The position numbers were made by a program, and so were the translations under genes. From positions 62,001 to 126,000 of the forward strand of contig CAUYUJ010000336.1 of the NCBI GenBank assembly GCA_963575745.1: a stretch of 64,000 bases of DNA, written 5' to 3'. The notes beneath the pieces were generated by a model. That model made no database searches and had not been told where the DNA came from. It saw nothing but the letters and a program-made list of their open reading frames with translations. Numbering within the stretch: position 1 is the stretch's first letter; each line of letters starts with the position of its first letter. The stretch comes from Prorocentrum cordatum. Lineage: Eukaryota. Positions 1 to 13,120 of this stretch are shown here, piece after piece.

Positions 1-489
1 TGATTCGGGGTCCAGGGCAGCGGGCACTGAGCCTTCGGCGGCCGCTCCCAGCGATGAAAAGCCTGCGCAGGATGTGCGAGACAAAGTTGATGCAGCGTTG
101 TCCTGCGCCCCCCCCCCCCCCCCCCCCTCTGCCCCCCCCCTCCCCTCTCGCGCGGGGAGGGGGGGGGGGGGCATCACCACATTGGCGCGGCTGTGCTGGG
201 GTTTTCTCAGAGTCTGCGATTTCGTGCTTTGCGTTTTTTTGTTTGCGGATAGGCGGTCGAGCATGGACTCCCTGTCCAGGCTTGCTGGCATCCGTTTGTT
301 CAAACGTCGGAGGGCTGAGTTTCCTGGTGGGGCCCTGTCTGGGTGCCAGGCTCACCCTGCCACAATGGCGCCGCAACAGTCAGGGCTTCCAGGCACGGCC
401 CACGATGCCGCCCCCCCCCCCCCCCCCTCCATTCCACCCTCCCTACTGCTGCTCCGGCTGTTGAGCCGCCGGGAAGTTTCGAGCTTTTC

Positions 490-3109
490 TTCGAGGGGGT
501 CTCGATCACTATGGCTAGCTGCAATGTTCGGGGCGCTCTGAAGGGGCACTTGGAGGCTTCAACTGCGATGGTCATTTTGGGCTCGGAGCTTCGGTTGATG
601 GAGCTAGCTGGCTTCGGCGGGGCGTCAGCCTCGACTCGTGAGCTTGGTTGGAAGAGTGCATGGTGCCCTTGTATCTCTGGCCCTGGAGGAGGGGTCTGCT
701 CTGGCACTATGTTTTTTGTCCGCGACGCGTGCGGCGGCTTCGAAGTCTCCCAGGCGGTGCTCTTCCTTGGCCGCGCTGTTGCCAGCATGGTTCACGCACT
801 TGGTTGCGAGGCCTTCTGCGTCGTCTCGCTGTGTCTGGTCCGCACTGAAGGCTTGTCGGAGGGTAATCTTGAAATTGCGATGGAAGTTGGAGCGTTCTTG
901 TCCTCCAATTGGTTTGAGTTTGTGGTTTGTGGGGACTGGAACCTCGCTCCCGAGGTCTTACAGGATTCGGATTTCGACAAGGAGCTCTCGTGCCAGATCG
1001 TAGCCCTTGGGATGGACACGTGTTTTCCCTCATCGCCCCCCCCCCGTTTTTGTTGTGCATCTACTGGTCTGCCCTAGGGGGACGAACGAGTCGAAGTGGA
1101 TGCGAAGGCCTCGACCTCGCCTCACTTTCCCGCCACCCTGAGCTTTTACCCATCCCTGTTGGACCTCAAGTCTCTCGCTTTCCGCGCCCCCCCCCCGCTC
1201 CCTGCGGGCCCCCCTCGGAATTGGAGCGCGGTGTTGGGGGGTGGCCCAGAAGGGCGCCGACGCTGTTTCTGGGTGGATTTTGAGAGAGCTGTTTTCGTGT
1301 TGGACTCAGGTTACAGGTTACAGCCTTTGGGCCAACACGGCGGAGTCTGAGTTGGGTTCTGTCATGGGCGTCGAGGCGCCAGGTGCAGGTGCGCGCGGCA
1401 AGAGGCCGCAGATGCACTGGCGGTCGGTGCCCGAGCCCTCTGGCCGCTTTGGGGACGCCAAGCAGCGCCCCATCTTCTGGCTGCGCTCGCAGATGCGCGC
1501 GCTGCAGTGTTACCTGAGCGACTGGGAGATCAGTTCGGCGTCTGTTTCCCTGGACCCTGGGCCTCCTGTTCGACAGGTCCTTCTCCGTCTCAGGTCCCCT
1601 GACCCCTCGGTCTCGCCCCATGTTGATGACGACTATCTCCCAGTCTTTCGCTGCCGCCAGCTTAGCTTTGCGCGGGTTGGCGCTCGGCCAGGATGGCCGT
1701 CATCTGTTCTTTTTGGAGTTAAGGGAGCTTATCGATGAGGTGAGGGATCTGTCTTCTAAGGCGCGTGCTGCTGCATAGCTTGGTCCGAGCCTCTTGGAAT
1801 GACTGGCTGGAAGTCGGTCTGGGCAACGCGGGCCGTAGGGTCCACGCCGCGTTGAGCGATCCCGAGCGTTGGTCCCCCATTACCACTCTGTCCTCCAGGG
1901 GTTCTGTCGTCGCGGATCCGAAGTCTTCATTGAAAGCTGAGGGGGTGAGTTTCATCGGATTGTTTTGTTTGGGGGGGTGGGGGTGGCGATGGGCCGCGGG
2001 TTAACGACCAGGTTTTGGTTCAGCCCTCCTCCCTCCTCTCTCCTGATGAGCTGCGGGGTCTGATGAGCTGCGGGGTCCTTCCAGAAGATGCAAGGTATCT
2101 AGCGCAGTCTCTCTGGTCGGCTTTCATTGTCGTCATTTTTCGGTTTCAATGGTGACCGGCTTCAGGCCATGAGTCTCCTCCATTCTGTCATGGGGGCGAC
2201 CGGCCGTCTTCCCGCGCAATTGGCCAGGGGCTCGATGGCTCTCTTGCCCAAGGCCTCGGGCGGCTTCCGCCCCATTAGCGTCTTCCCGCGTGGCGCAGAG
2301 CGCGGGGGGGGGGGGGCGCGCCGCTTGGAAGCTGCCAGATGGGAGGCGGCCCGCCCTCGGAGATATTGGGCGGCTGGTTCCAACAGGGGCCCCGCGGACG
2401 TCGTCTGGCGTCAGAGCTTTAGAGCGGAGATGGGCGCCGAGAGGGGGGGGGGTGCTCGGCGCCCCTGTTTTGGGGTTTCAAGAAAGATTGCGAACGCATT
2501 GGGCTGGTCTACCTCTGGGGGCGGTGCAAGCGGCATTCTTTTCCGCTTCCCCTGGCCAGGCGCTGTATTCGAGCTTGCGCTTCGGCTCGATTTCTTGCGG
2601 TGGGGGGGTTGGTTGTTGGGCCATACTTCGTCGACAGAGGGATCGCTGCGGGGTGCAGCTTCGCCGCGAGTTTGATCCGCGCGTTCGCGATGTCGGCCTT
2701 CGACGAGATCCCTCGGTCGCTGGCCATCGAGTTCGATGCGTGCATCGACGATGCGTGTTTAAGTATGACTGGTTCCTTTCGTTCCGTAGTGGCAGGCCTC
2801 GTTCTTGGCGCGAGGACCTTGCGCGACGCCATCGCTGTCACTCTGGACTGCGAGCGGGCCATGGGCAAGATTGGTCTCGCCGCCAGCCACGCGTCCCTCA
2901 GCCATGCGCTGGGGGCCAGGCTCGGGCCCTTAGCAGGCACTGGCAAGGCCAGCGTTGTCAACTTAGGCATTGACATCGCGGCTGGCAAGCCGATCCGTTC
3001 AGCAGGTGGTGGCCGCGGGGCCAAGCTGAAAGCTCGCCTCGCTGCCGCGGCCAGGAAGAGCCGACGCCTCGCCCGTCTGAGCAAAGCTGTCGGAAGGAAG
3101 GCCACCAAT
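490..3109 (+). mobile_element. Decayed non-LTR retrotransposon (LINE-A), 5' part: endonuclease and RT remnants
   Basis: AP-endonuclease-like motifs in ORF 343..1077 (ITMASCNV, GWKSAW, VVCGDWNLAPEVL...TC). RT motifs in 2127..2675 (MALLPKASGGFRPISVFP) and 2600..3220 (RGIAAGCSFA, CIDDACL, VNLGID). Many frameshifts. Start is approximate. Confidence 0.8.
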
Positions 3110-3280
3110 AAAGGCCGCGAACGGCTCGAATCCCCCCGTGTGAATCGGCCTCACACGCCTCCCCCTTTCCCTCCCGCACTTCTCGTGCAGTCTCCCGCCA
3201 TGGCGCCTCCAGCCTGCTGAGGCTGGCCCAGGCGCTCCACGTGCGCCGCGGCGCGGCGCGGCGCTGCTGGAAGACCCTGA

Positions 3281-4066
3281 ATGACAGCGACATGGCGACG
3301 ACGCAGCAGCATATTACGACGCAGCGAGAACGCGAAGTTCGCAGGCTGGAACCCGTACTCTCTCATCAGCTTTCCTGGGAGAACCGATTCTATTAGTCAC
3401 GAGTTCCGCAGCCAGTGCGGCATCCTATGTCCTGGCACACATATTCGACAGATTGCGCAGCTATCACATCATCGCGAAGAGTCCCGACATCATTTCTGGA
3501 TCAACTGGGGCTGGGGCCGATCACCACATGTCACCTCTGCCTGTGGATGTTCCTTCGCGGTCTCTAAGCGACATGTTTGCCCCAAGCACGTGGTCAGAAT
3601 AGCATCCCCGCCATCCGACCTACAGGGCCGTGCAGGCCCTATTGACATAGTACGAGGTCATTTTCGAGTCAGGTTGATTGTTGGCTATCTACCACCAGCC
3701 CCGCATAGTTCACACGCAAAGGTTACGGGACGTACATGTACACGACTTTGGCAGTGGATCACCACTGAGATTACTTCGACCCCGACACGCATGACACCAC
3801 TTTTCTTCGGCGACCTCAACCAAGGCATGGGGCGACGCCATCGAGCCGCATGCACCGACGACAGCATCGGACCACAGCAGCCCGCCCCAGAGACGACCGT
3901 GGGCACATCCATACGCGAAAGTGTCATCCTCAACCAGCTCTGCGCGTACAACACCTTCGGGAACACTGGGCCGACATTCTACGGCAACGGCGGTGCTCGC
4001 AGCAGAATTGACTACTGGATCGGCCCGATTGACGCGTTCCCCATCATCACGAAGCTCAAACTATGA
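3281..4066 (+). pseudogene. LINE-B apurinic-type endonuclease domain
   Basis: Motifs LIVGYLPP, FFGDLN, AYNTF..GPTFY, SRIDYW. Ends in a premature stop. Confidence 0.8.
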
Positions 4067-4102
4067 TGGCGTTCCCACCAACGACTGCGTGTCCCCCCCC
4101 AC

Positions 4103-6175
4103 ATGCTCGACCACATTCCAATGCTCATTCACGTCCAACTTACCTGCCCGACGTCATCTTCCACAGATCGACGCGCCGACTTCCTACACGACCTACACCA
4201 GCAGCTCACTCAACACGCCCATGCCCTCCGAGTGCCCCAACACGACCAGCTTCCTGACCGACTCGCCGCTTACGTCGCATACCTGGTCCAGCAAGCCGCG
4301 ATCCCGCATTACTCCCGCCATGGAGGTCATCCAGCCTGGCTCAAAGACGCTCAACGTACACGACAAGACCTCCTTCGCCAACGTGCACAACTACGTGACA
4401 AAGGCATGGCGGTCGACGCTGCCCACCTCAAGCTCATCTCTCGACGACCCCGTGAACACGCACAATGGAAACGGGCATGGTGGCATCACTTTCTTGACGA
4501 ACAAATCGCTGACGCTTGCCACCACCGCGACATCGCACGCGTCGCAGAATTCAGCAGACTCCGCGCAGGCACTAAGGCTGGACCCAAGAAACGTAACTAC
4601 TTGGCGTTCCCGAGCGCACGACCCGCAACCGACCACTACCGCGCCGCCCTCGGCAAGCCCGCCGCCGACGGCGGCCTCGCGGCGACGCCCGCGCACCTCA
4701 GCATTTATGTCTCGGGAGACGCCGCCGCCCAGGAGCTCCACCAGCGCCCCGAGAACGACATTCACATCCTCGGCGAGTGCCGTTTGGACCCCACGCTGGA
4801 CGCCCTCCTCGCTGCCGCACAGGACCTCGACGCCATGGCCAAACGACTCTGGACGAACAAACACCGCAAATACTCTCCTGTCTGGTCATGGCCCACCGGA
4901 CTTACCACTATGATGCTATTCCCGACTTACCCCAGCAAACCAGGACTCCCACGCAGTGGACTTGGATCTGCCCCCACCGACTACCCCAACCATCGCCAGC
5001 TCCGACATGGGCTCGGACGCGACACGACACACGACGACTCCACCACTCCAGCACGACGCCCACCACGACGCCCTGACCAACGCCAGCTCACTCTCGACGA
5101 CGACCACGCCCGCGCCCCATGCACCATGCTCACTCACCTGCTTCAACACGTCCGAGACTCAGAAACCCTACCAGTCCAATCCTACACCAGCCAGACCGTA
5201 GCTATTGGCAAGAAAGGCAAGCATCCATGCGGAGATCCAGCCCACGACCTTAACAACTGCCTACGAATGCTGCACGTCTTTTGTCCTTTCTGGCGGCTCT
5301 ATCTCCGCAGCGGGTTGGTTGATTTTGGCAGCACCTACACCCCGCCACCATGGGTCTATGGTGGCATCCGTGCTCGACGACGAGAAGGCCTCATGACGCT
5401 CACGCGCACCGCGACCTTCAAGCTACGCAGTGCACACATCCCACACCTTGTGAAGAGCTACGACATGCGCAACGCTTTCGGCACAGGCGACACTGACCGA
5501 CTACTGGCAGCCCATCGCGTGCGTACTGACGACCCCCACTTCGAGGACATGCTCACGCAACATCGGCACCGTGCCACCATGCGCATCGACGCCAACGACG
5601 ACACCATCGGGCTCCACCCATGCAGTGGAGGCCGTATGGGCGACAGCAACGAGCCCGAGCTCTTCATGGAATCCTTCTATCCACTCATCATCGACTGGGA
5701 CGCAGAGCTCACCGCCGTCATTGGAGACGGCCTCACCTGCACCAGCCCCATCACAGACAACGCCCATCGCATCGACATGGGCGCCTTCATCGACGACATC
5801 GCACGTGTGATTATAGTTCCTGACGGCACACTCCGACAGGCCCTAGCGATATATTGCATCGACGTCTCTATCATGAACGCCAAGCTTCGACGCGGCGGAT
5901 ATTCACAGAACGCGCACAAGCAGGAGACATTGGTACGACTTGCCACCAGCAACGCCACCAAGCAGGCCGCACGACAACTCAGTGGCACATGCATGACCAA
6001 CCTCATCCACCTCGGCTCCTACATCCATGCCGACGGCTACAACACTCGCGAGGTGGAGGCACGGATTCGAGCCTGTAGCATGGGCTGGACACGGCTCACC
6101 CATTTTTGGACCTCAGCCACACCAAGACGTTGCAAACGCCTCGTCTTCCTCGCGAATGTCGCGGGCCGTGCATAG
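4103..6175 (+). pseudogene. pol: LINE-B reverse transcriptase
   Basis: Motifs KSYDMRNAF, GGRMGDSNEPELF, AFIDDI, IHLGS, EVEARI. TAG at 6173-6175, then a frameshift at the A-run near 6240. Confidence 0.85.
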
Positions 6176-6255
6176 ACAGGCTTGGAAGCGCTTGTCCTCA
6201 CCCGTGCTGAGACGGCCTGGATCGATGCGAGCCTCGCAAAAAAAAACTTCGGTGC

Positions 6256-8301
6256 TTGCTCATGAGTGACGCACATTGTATTGACAGCGACGGCCATCAC
6301 CACTCCCTTACCACCCGTGAGCTGTTCACAGTCTGGGGCATCGCCCCCGCGTCTCTTGAGCTATGCGTTCGTCGTTTGAAATGGTGGCAGAGCATCAGCA
6401 GAGAGGTCGAACATCACGAGCAATTTCTCTCAGGGTTCTTTGGGCGATGCCATATTGAAGGTCGATATGCTCCGCAAGGCCTTCCTACCTCCGCCAACAC
6501 CCTCACGGAATCAGGCGCTCTTAACACGGATCCCAAAGTACATCCCTGGGCTCGCCAGCTCCGCGAGGACCTCCTCAGTGCCTTTGCAGCCCCCATCGTC
6601 GACGACCTCCGTGGCCTCTGGGACATTAACGACGACATTCGGAAGTTTTTCAGAGGCCCCGAGATCCAGGAGGCATTCCAGCAGATCGATTTCAGCTACC
6701 TTCGGCAGGCGTGCGTCTCGCAGTCTTGGGCCCCACCAGGTCACCACTTCTTGCCACCTGAGACCCCTCTGGGAGACCCCGACAGCGACCCCGAGGATCC
6801 GAGCCCGTTCGTCTGCAACATCGAGGGCTGCATCAAGGCCTTCCGCACGTTCTCTGCACTCATTGCACATCAAACAACAGCAGCACTTCCAGGACACGGA
6901 GCCCCCACCATCCTATCTACGATCGCTCTCGACAACAAATGTCTGGTTTGTGATAATGTTTATGGTTCTATCAAGTATTGCCAGACCCACCACCGACGGT
7001 CCTGGATCGACGGGCGATGCTTCATCGATCGCATTCTGCACACGCACACGTGGCAGCCTATTACTGCCACGCGATGTCCGCTCGAACATATCAGCCCCGA
7101 CATCGAGTGTCAGCGAGAATATTACGACATCGACGGGCTCCGATCCCACCTCCGCACGCACATCCCTCCGTCACCGCGTGGCCCTTGGCTCAAGACATTG
7201 CCTCGCTCGGCGAGGGAGGCACGCCCGCGCGGACCGACAGTGCCTGAGCGATTCCTCGCCGCCCCACTGTGGCGACCATCCGACACCGCTCTGCTTCGTC
7301 AAGAGATTCGACAGGCAGCGACGCTTCAGCTGGGCATACATTCTCGAGCTTCAGCCACAGCACCGACTACTTCACGAGCTCGACGGCCGCAACTCCGACG
7401 ACCACCACCTACGCACGACACTAGCAGTGCGACTACCACAGCCATGACGTCCACCCTGACACTACCGCGACCACTACGACCAGCAGAACCAGCCCGCAGC
7501 CCGACGCCAGCTCCACCTGATGGCCTCAGCAGCGGACAGCAGCACGCCACCAGCAGCGGCGCCGAACATACCAGCTCAACCCAAAGCACCGCGACGCGGA
7601 GCACGTGCCCCGTGGAGAGGCCCGCTACCGTCCTTGACCAAGTATGGAACCTCTGGCAACGACTCCAAGACCGACGAACCACCCCAGCGCAGACGCAAGG
7701 TCCAGGGGGCCAAGGGCAGCAAGGGCCAACCGACGCCGGCAGCGGACCAGGTGGACGACGACATGGACGTGGAGGAGATCGAGCCTCGCCGTGCTCGACG
7801 CAGAGGCGTACGACGGGCTCCTCGAGGACAGCACACCGACAAGCAGTGGACGAACAAAGATCAGAACATGCAGATGCTGCTCACCTCGCTGATGACACTC
7901 ACACTTCAGAACACTCAAAAAATACGGATGATCATGTGCACGGTGGCCGACACATGGACGGTACCAATCAACCTCCCGACGGTCTCCCACATCTCGACGG
8001 AACTCGAGGGCTTCAAGACGCGGGTCAACAACTACCGCACCAACAAGGACACCGAGGCGCTCAAGATGCTGGGCCCACCGACCCCCGCACTCGAGCTCGC
8101 CATGTTGGAAGGGCTACTGACATGCGAAGCGGGAGGCCGAGTCCGCAAAGAGATCGAAGAATACTTCGAGAAATGCCAGCCAGAGGGCCCTCAGCTCGAG
8201 CCACTGATCGACGTAGAGACCCTCCGGACCGAAGTCGCCTTCCTGCGCATCGACAAGACGCACGACCCGAGCATCGCCAAGCTGATCCTCGGCGCCAATG
8301 A
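6256..8301 (+). pseudogene. LINE-B pol C-terminus with C2H2-type zinc fingers and a low-complexity tail
   Basis: RRLKWWQ, FVCNIEGCIKAFRTFSALIAH, CLVC...HHRRS and C...C...LRSHLRTH motifs. Confidence 0.7.
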
Positions 8302-8440
8302 CTGGCAGGGACGAGGCCTCCTGCTCGCTGGCCTACGCTCAGAAGGGATCGCGAAGCACCACCTGGGCCCAGCCCCAGCGGGCTGGCTAGAGGAGGAGAT
8401 ATCGACATGGCTGGACCATTTCCGACGAATGACAGGATGA
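7520..8440 (+). CDS. Intact 306-aa ORF of unknown function at the 3' end of LINE-B, overlapping the pol tail
   Basis: ATG start, no disruption, protein-like amphipathic helices, LGPPTP and GPAPAGWLEEEI motifs. Lies between the RT/zinc fingers and the poly(A). Confidence 0.7.
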   Translation: MASAADSSTPPAAAPNIPAQPKAPRRGARAPWRGPLPSLTKYGTSGNDSKTDEPPQRRRKVQGAKGSKGQPTPAADQVDDDMDVEEIEPRRARRRGVRRAPRGQHTDKQWTNKDQNMQMLLTSLMTLTLQNTQKIRMIMCTVADTWTVPINLPTVSHISTELEGFKTRVNNYRTNKDTEALKMLGPPTPALELAMLEGLLTCEAGGRVRKEIEEYFEKCQPEGPQLEPLIDVETLRTEVAFLRIDKTHDPSIAKLILGANDWQGRGLLLAGLRSEGIAKHHLGPAPAGWLEEEISTWLDHFRRMTG

Positions 8441-9102
8441 TCCGATTCGTGCCTGGCGGCACGCTCCCTGCAGCGACGCCTGCAGTAGTTCCCGGGACCG
8501 ACCTCGCACATCAGATGTCAGGCGACCTTCCTTCAGATAGTGCTGATCCTGAGGCACGCGCCCACGATCTAGCCGCTGATGAGGAGGCTGCCGGATTTTT
8601 ATTCTCCTGATGTGCTCCACGAGGTTTTTTTTCAGATGCCCCCTCGCACAGAGCCGTAGCTAGACTCCTATTCACTCTCCCTCATTCCTGCTATCCCCGA
8701 GGAGGAGATGAGGAGAATCCCCCCCCCCTCTTTCGTCGCCCGCCATAGCAGGACCTTCTTTAGTTGCCACATTCCGCCCGACCAGCTTGTCTGTAAGTCT
8801 TCGGCTCGGGCCAGATGCTGGGTAACCTCCCTGGGCCGCCTTTCAGGGAATTCCAACGCACAGCGCATGCCAGCCCGCGCTACGCGTGCTGCACCGTTGT
8901 AGCGACAGGCCTAGCATGGCAGGCAAGAGGCAGTTCGGCACTGCAGCGACGAGCAAGGAATGTATTTAAATATAATGCGGGTACGGCGGTACCAGACAGG
9001 GCTTCGGTGTTGCCGGTGTGGTCGCACCCGCCACACGTGGACACACCCACCTGTGAAATCAGTTTCATCCGTAACCGCTCCCATGTCGGCGTAAAAAAAA
9101 AA

Positions 9103-10830
9103 CGCCCATATTTTTGCGGCTGGCCCGTTGGCTGGTGTTTTTTTCCGGGGCCGGGGTTTACGGCATGTCTGATCGGGAGTTGTTGACTCTCAGAAGAATG
9201 GGCATGAGCACCGTCGAACCAAGGTCCCAGGGTCGCTCGTTTTCAGTCTTGTCCCTCTTGGAGGGCGACCTTCCTTGGTGCTGCGGTTGCTCCCATCCTG
9301 AGATGGGCTCGCGCGGTCTGGTTGCGGCATGCTCACGCTTTCGAATGGTGCCTTTCCTTCTCCGAATTGAGAGAAGGCTGGGGCGCTGTTTTTTTTGGCT
9401 ATCGAGGATCTCTCTGGGAGAATAGTCTCGGGACCTATCAGCGCCCCCCGTATGTTTCTTCATCGCTCGGGGTGGTCCATGCTCGATTTCTGCACTCTGA
9501 GAGATGATTTCGGCAGGGGAATTTCGCTCACTTTGGACTCTCCCCAGACGGTCCGTTCCCTGTGTCGCGACGCTGCGCGCAGGAACCTGGAGCGGGATTC
9601 TAGTGAAAAGTTTGGTTGTGAACACCGTTTGTGTTGGGCTGTGGTGAAACATTGTCTTGGGTCCTCTAAGTTTTCTCAGCAGGACAAGGGGCTCATGAGG
9701 GCCCTCGCGTGCAACGGCATTTGGACGGCCACTGGCGCCGTGGCCGCTAGCTACCTCTCCGCCTCGCCGCACTGTCCGCGCTGCGGCTTGCACGACGCGC
9801 TCCACCATCGCCTCTGGGCACGCGAGCACGTGCAGAAGATGGGAGACGAAGTGGTCCCTGCTTGGATGCAAGAGGCCGCGAGGGACACTTCGCCCCCAGA
9901 ATATGATCGCGCGTTTTCTCTGCATGGTGCGTTCCGCCATCCTGGGGACTTGGTACCTGGGCCGTGTAGGGGAGGTGGGGTGGAGGTCAAGTAGCATGTG
10001 GATGTGCTCCCTGATCCCTCCCCCGGCTCCTCTCCTGTTTGTGGTGACAGTGTATGGGGCCTTTTCTTTTGTTTTGTTTTTCTCTTCCGACGGCCCGTGC
10101 CATAGACGCGTCGTCCGAGAATTGTCTAGGAGTGCCTGGGGCCTCGTCTCGCCCGAGGGACGCTTCGTTCGTCAGGGCAACTTGTTCGCTGATGTGACCG
10201 CCAAAAGTGCCCTTGCGAGGCGCGCTGCGGCTGATCCAGCTATTTTGGATGAGCTCAGTCGCTGTATCAAGATTGCCCTGCATGTCATGAAGCTTGGGGC
10301 TGCTGTCTTGCTTGAGTGGCCCAAACTTGGATACATAGGCACTTTGCGTGCTCCTCCGCCGCCCCCGAAACCCGTGCTTGTGCTCGCCCACACGTGGAAG
10401 AGGATGAGTGGGTTCTGGCATTGCGAGGTGTGTTTGAAAAAGGGCTCAGTCGTGGGAGCAAAGGCAGCCCCTCCCACCTCGGCCTGCCGTGGACGCTCGA
10501 AGCTGGACCAAGGGGTCCTGGAGCGCCTGCAGCACAGTGTTGTGGCGTTTCCTTGCTCCGGCGCGTCATGCCTGTGGCTTTGTCTCAGATGTAATTTTTA
10601 TTCCAGTGGCGCACAGGTGGTGGGTCTCAGTAAGGTCAGCACCCCCCCACGGAGATAGGCCGAAGGAACTTCTGGAGAATCAAGAAGGGTCCCCACCCAG
10701 ACAAACCAGAAATCACTGTTGACCTGATGATTTGATCCCCCCTGCTGTAATCTGAAGGGTCTTTCATTATTTTCACTGGCGTCTCGCAGTGGTGATCTGA
10801 TGCAAGGGATTAGATCCCCCCCCAAAAAAA
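9103..10830 (+). mobile_element. LINE-A 3' part: post-RT region, zinc finger, RNase H remnant, Cys-rich tail, short poly(A)
   Basis: IFAAGP...GAGVYGMSDRELLTLRR continues the RT thumb region. Also CPRCG..DALHHRLW, SDGPC, QGNLFADVTAK (RNase H GNxxAD motif), CEVC/CLRC. A7 at 10824-10830. Confidence 0.75.
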
Positions 10831-11560
10831 GACGAGGAGGAGGGGGAGGAGCAGGAGGAGGAGGAGGAGGAGCAGGAGGCTGATGAGGAGGAGGAAGAAG
10901 AAGAAGCAGAAGAGAAAGACGAATCATAAGGAGGATACAGATAATCATAACAATAACAATACTACTATTAATAATAATAAGAAGACGAATCATGATAATA
11001 ATATTAGTAGTAAGACTAACAACACTAAGAAGAAACAAACGAATAACAACACGAGTAATGAAAACACTAATAATAACACGCAGGATGCTCATAATACTAA
11101 TGACACCAAAACTAATAATAATAAAAGTAGTGATGCTACGAATAAGAATGATGATACTAATAATAATACGAATAACAAAAAAAGACTACTACTACTCAGA
11201 ATAATAATATGAAAGCAACTACTAATAATATTAATAATGAAACTAATACGTATTCTAATAATATACGATATGTATAATATTGCTAATTCTAATAAGAATA
11301 ATAATAATAATAAAACTCATAATCATACTAATAATAATAATGATAACAATAACAATAATAATACTAGTAGTAATAATAAAATAGAATAATAATACTAATA
11401 ATAATAATAATACTAATATCAATAGTATGAATGATATTAATAATAATACGAAGAACTGTATACAGAGGAGGGGGAGGAGAAGACGCAGGAGCAGCAACAT
11501 GAGCGGGAGGGTCACGAAGAATACGAGCAGGAGAAAGAGGAGGAGGACGACGAATAGGAG
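10831..11560. repeat. (GAG)n and (AAT)n degenerate microsatellites
   Basis: Read directly from the sequence. Confidence 0.9.
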
Positions 11561-11599
11561 GCGAATGCCCGGACGGGGACCTCGGGTTGACATGGGGGG

Positions 11600-12280
11600 T
11601 CCGGGCCACCCCAGAGGCTCCGAGCGCGCCTGATCGGCTCCAGACGCCTTCCAGACCAGCCCAAGACAACCCAAGAATGCATTTGGGGCGCCCTGGGCAG
11701 GTTCAATCCGCGCGAAGACGACCCGAGGTTCCAGAAGCCTCTCCGACGCTCCGAGAGGACCCCCTAGGCAGGAGCTCGTATTCGAGTGTTTTATATGTTG
11801 GTGCGTTCTTGCTGCTCCTGGCTCCCAGCTGCCCTGGACAGGAAAAGAAGCCGTCAATATCACCCCACGACGGTTCAAAAAGCCCCCAAGAGAACCCCAA
11901 CACGGCCCAACACAATTTCGAGACGGCCCACGAGACCCCCAAGAGGGCACAAAACGGCCCCAGGAGACCCCCAAGAAATGCCCTAAGGACGAGGACACTG
12001 CCAGACAACCCCCAAGAGGCTCCCAAGAGGCCCCCCAGACCCCCCCACCAGATGGTCCCCAAGGGCCCTCCGATGCGTCCCATCGCGCTCTCAGACGGCA
12101 CAACGACCGCCCTGGACCCCGAGGCACCCCCCAGGAGGTTCCGCGCACCCGCGAGAGAAAGGCGGTGTACGCCCGGGATATTTGTCCCACCGTATTTTGG
12201 GATGCGTGCGATGCTTGCGGACACCATCTCCGGAGTCGACTAGAACCTAAGCGCGCGAAGCGCGCGCGTGGTTCTATTGC
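11600..12280 (+). repeat. CCAAGA-rich dispersed repeat family copy
   Basis: Repeated ccaaga/ggccc units, related to 31680-32165, 48665-48785 and (reverse strand) 56970-57530. Ends in a GCGCGC-GAA-GCGCGC hairpin near 12260. Confidence 0.7.
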
Positions 12281-12368
12281 GTGTGTGTATATATATATAT
12301 ATTTATATATATATATATATATATACACCCCCCCTCCCACCATTTTCGTGGTTCGGAAAGGGGGTATG

Positions 12369-12410
<42 letters not shown>
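12281..12410. repeat. (TA)n microsatellites
   Basis: Read directly from the sequence. Confidence 0.95.
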
Positions 12411-12412
<2 letters not shown>

Positions 12413-12734
12413 GCTTCCAAGCTACCCCCCCTTCCCTTCTTTTAATGGAGCCGGGGTGAGCCCCCCCCCCCTTTGAAAGGGGGGGGGTTCGGAAGCTACC
12501 CCCCCCCCTCCCTTTTCGTGGCCGGAAAGGGGGGGGGGGCTTCCAAGCTACCCCCCCCCTCCCTCCTTTTAATGGAGCTGGGGTGAGCCACCCCCCCCCT
12601 TTGAAAGGGGGGGGGGCTTTGGAAGCCCCCCCCCCTCCCTCCCTTGGTGCAAAAGGGGGGGGGGGCTTGAAGCCCCCCCCCCTTCCCCCCTTTGGCCGCC
12701 CAGCTCCCGGAGCCATCGCCCTCCCTTTCGCCTC

Positions 12735-12823
12735 CATTTATTCCCGCCCCTCTCCCTCCTCCTCTTCTTCCTTTTGCCTCCTCCTCTTCCTCGTCCTCCT
12801 CATCCTCCTCATAGTCATCATCG

Positions 12824-12864
<41 letters not shown>

Positions 12865-13120
12865 GTACTCCCCCGCGGGTCCTTCCGTTCCGTTCCTCCT
12901 CCTCCTCCTCGGTTTTCTCCTCCTCCTCCTCCATTTTTCCTCCTCCTCCTCCTCATCATCATCATCATCCTCCTCTTCCTCCTCCTCCTCCTCCTCCTCG
13001 TGATCCTCCTCCTCCGTTTCCCCATCCTCCTCCTCCTCCTCCTCTCCTCCTCCTCCTCCTCCTCCTCCTCCTCCTCCCTCCTCCCCCTCCGCCTCCCCCA
13101 TCCTCCGCCTCCTCCTCCCC
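12735..13120. repeat. (CCT)n/(CAT)n microsatellite
   Basis: Read directly from the sequence. Confidence 0.9.

Larger units (their letters stand above)
3110..9102 (+). mobile_element. Non-LTR retrotransposon (LINE-B), near full length, nested in LINE-A
   Basis: EN-RT-zinc-finger coding region, a downstream ORF and an A10 tail at 9093-9102. LINE-A coding sequence resumes immediately after the tail. Confidence 0.85.
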
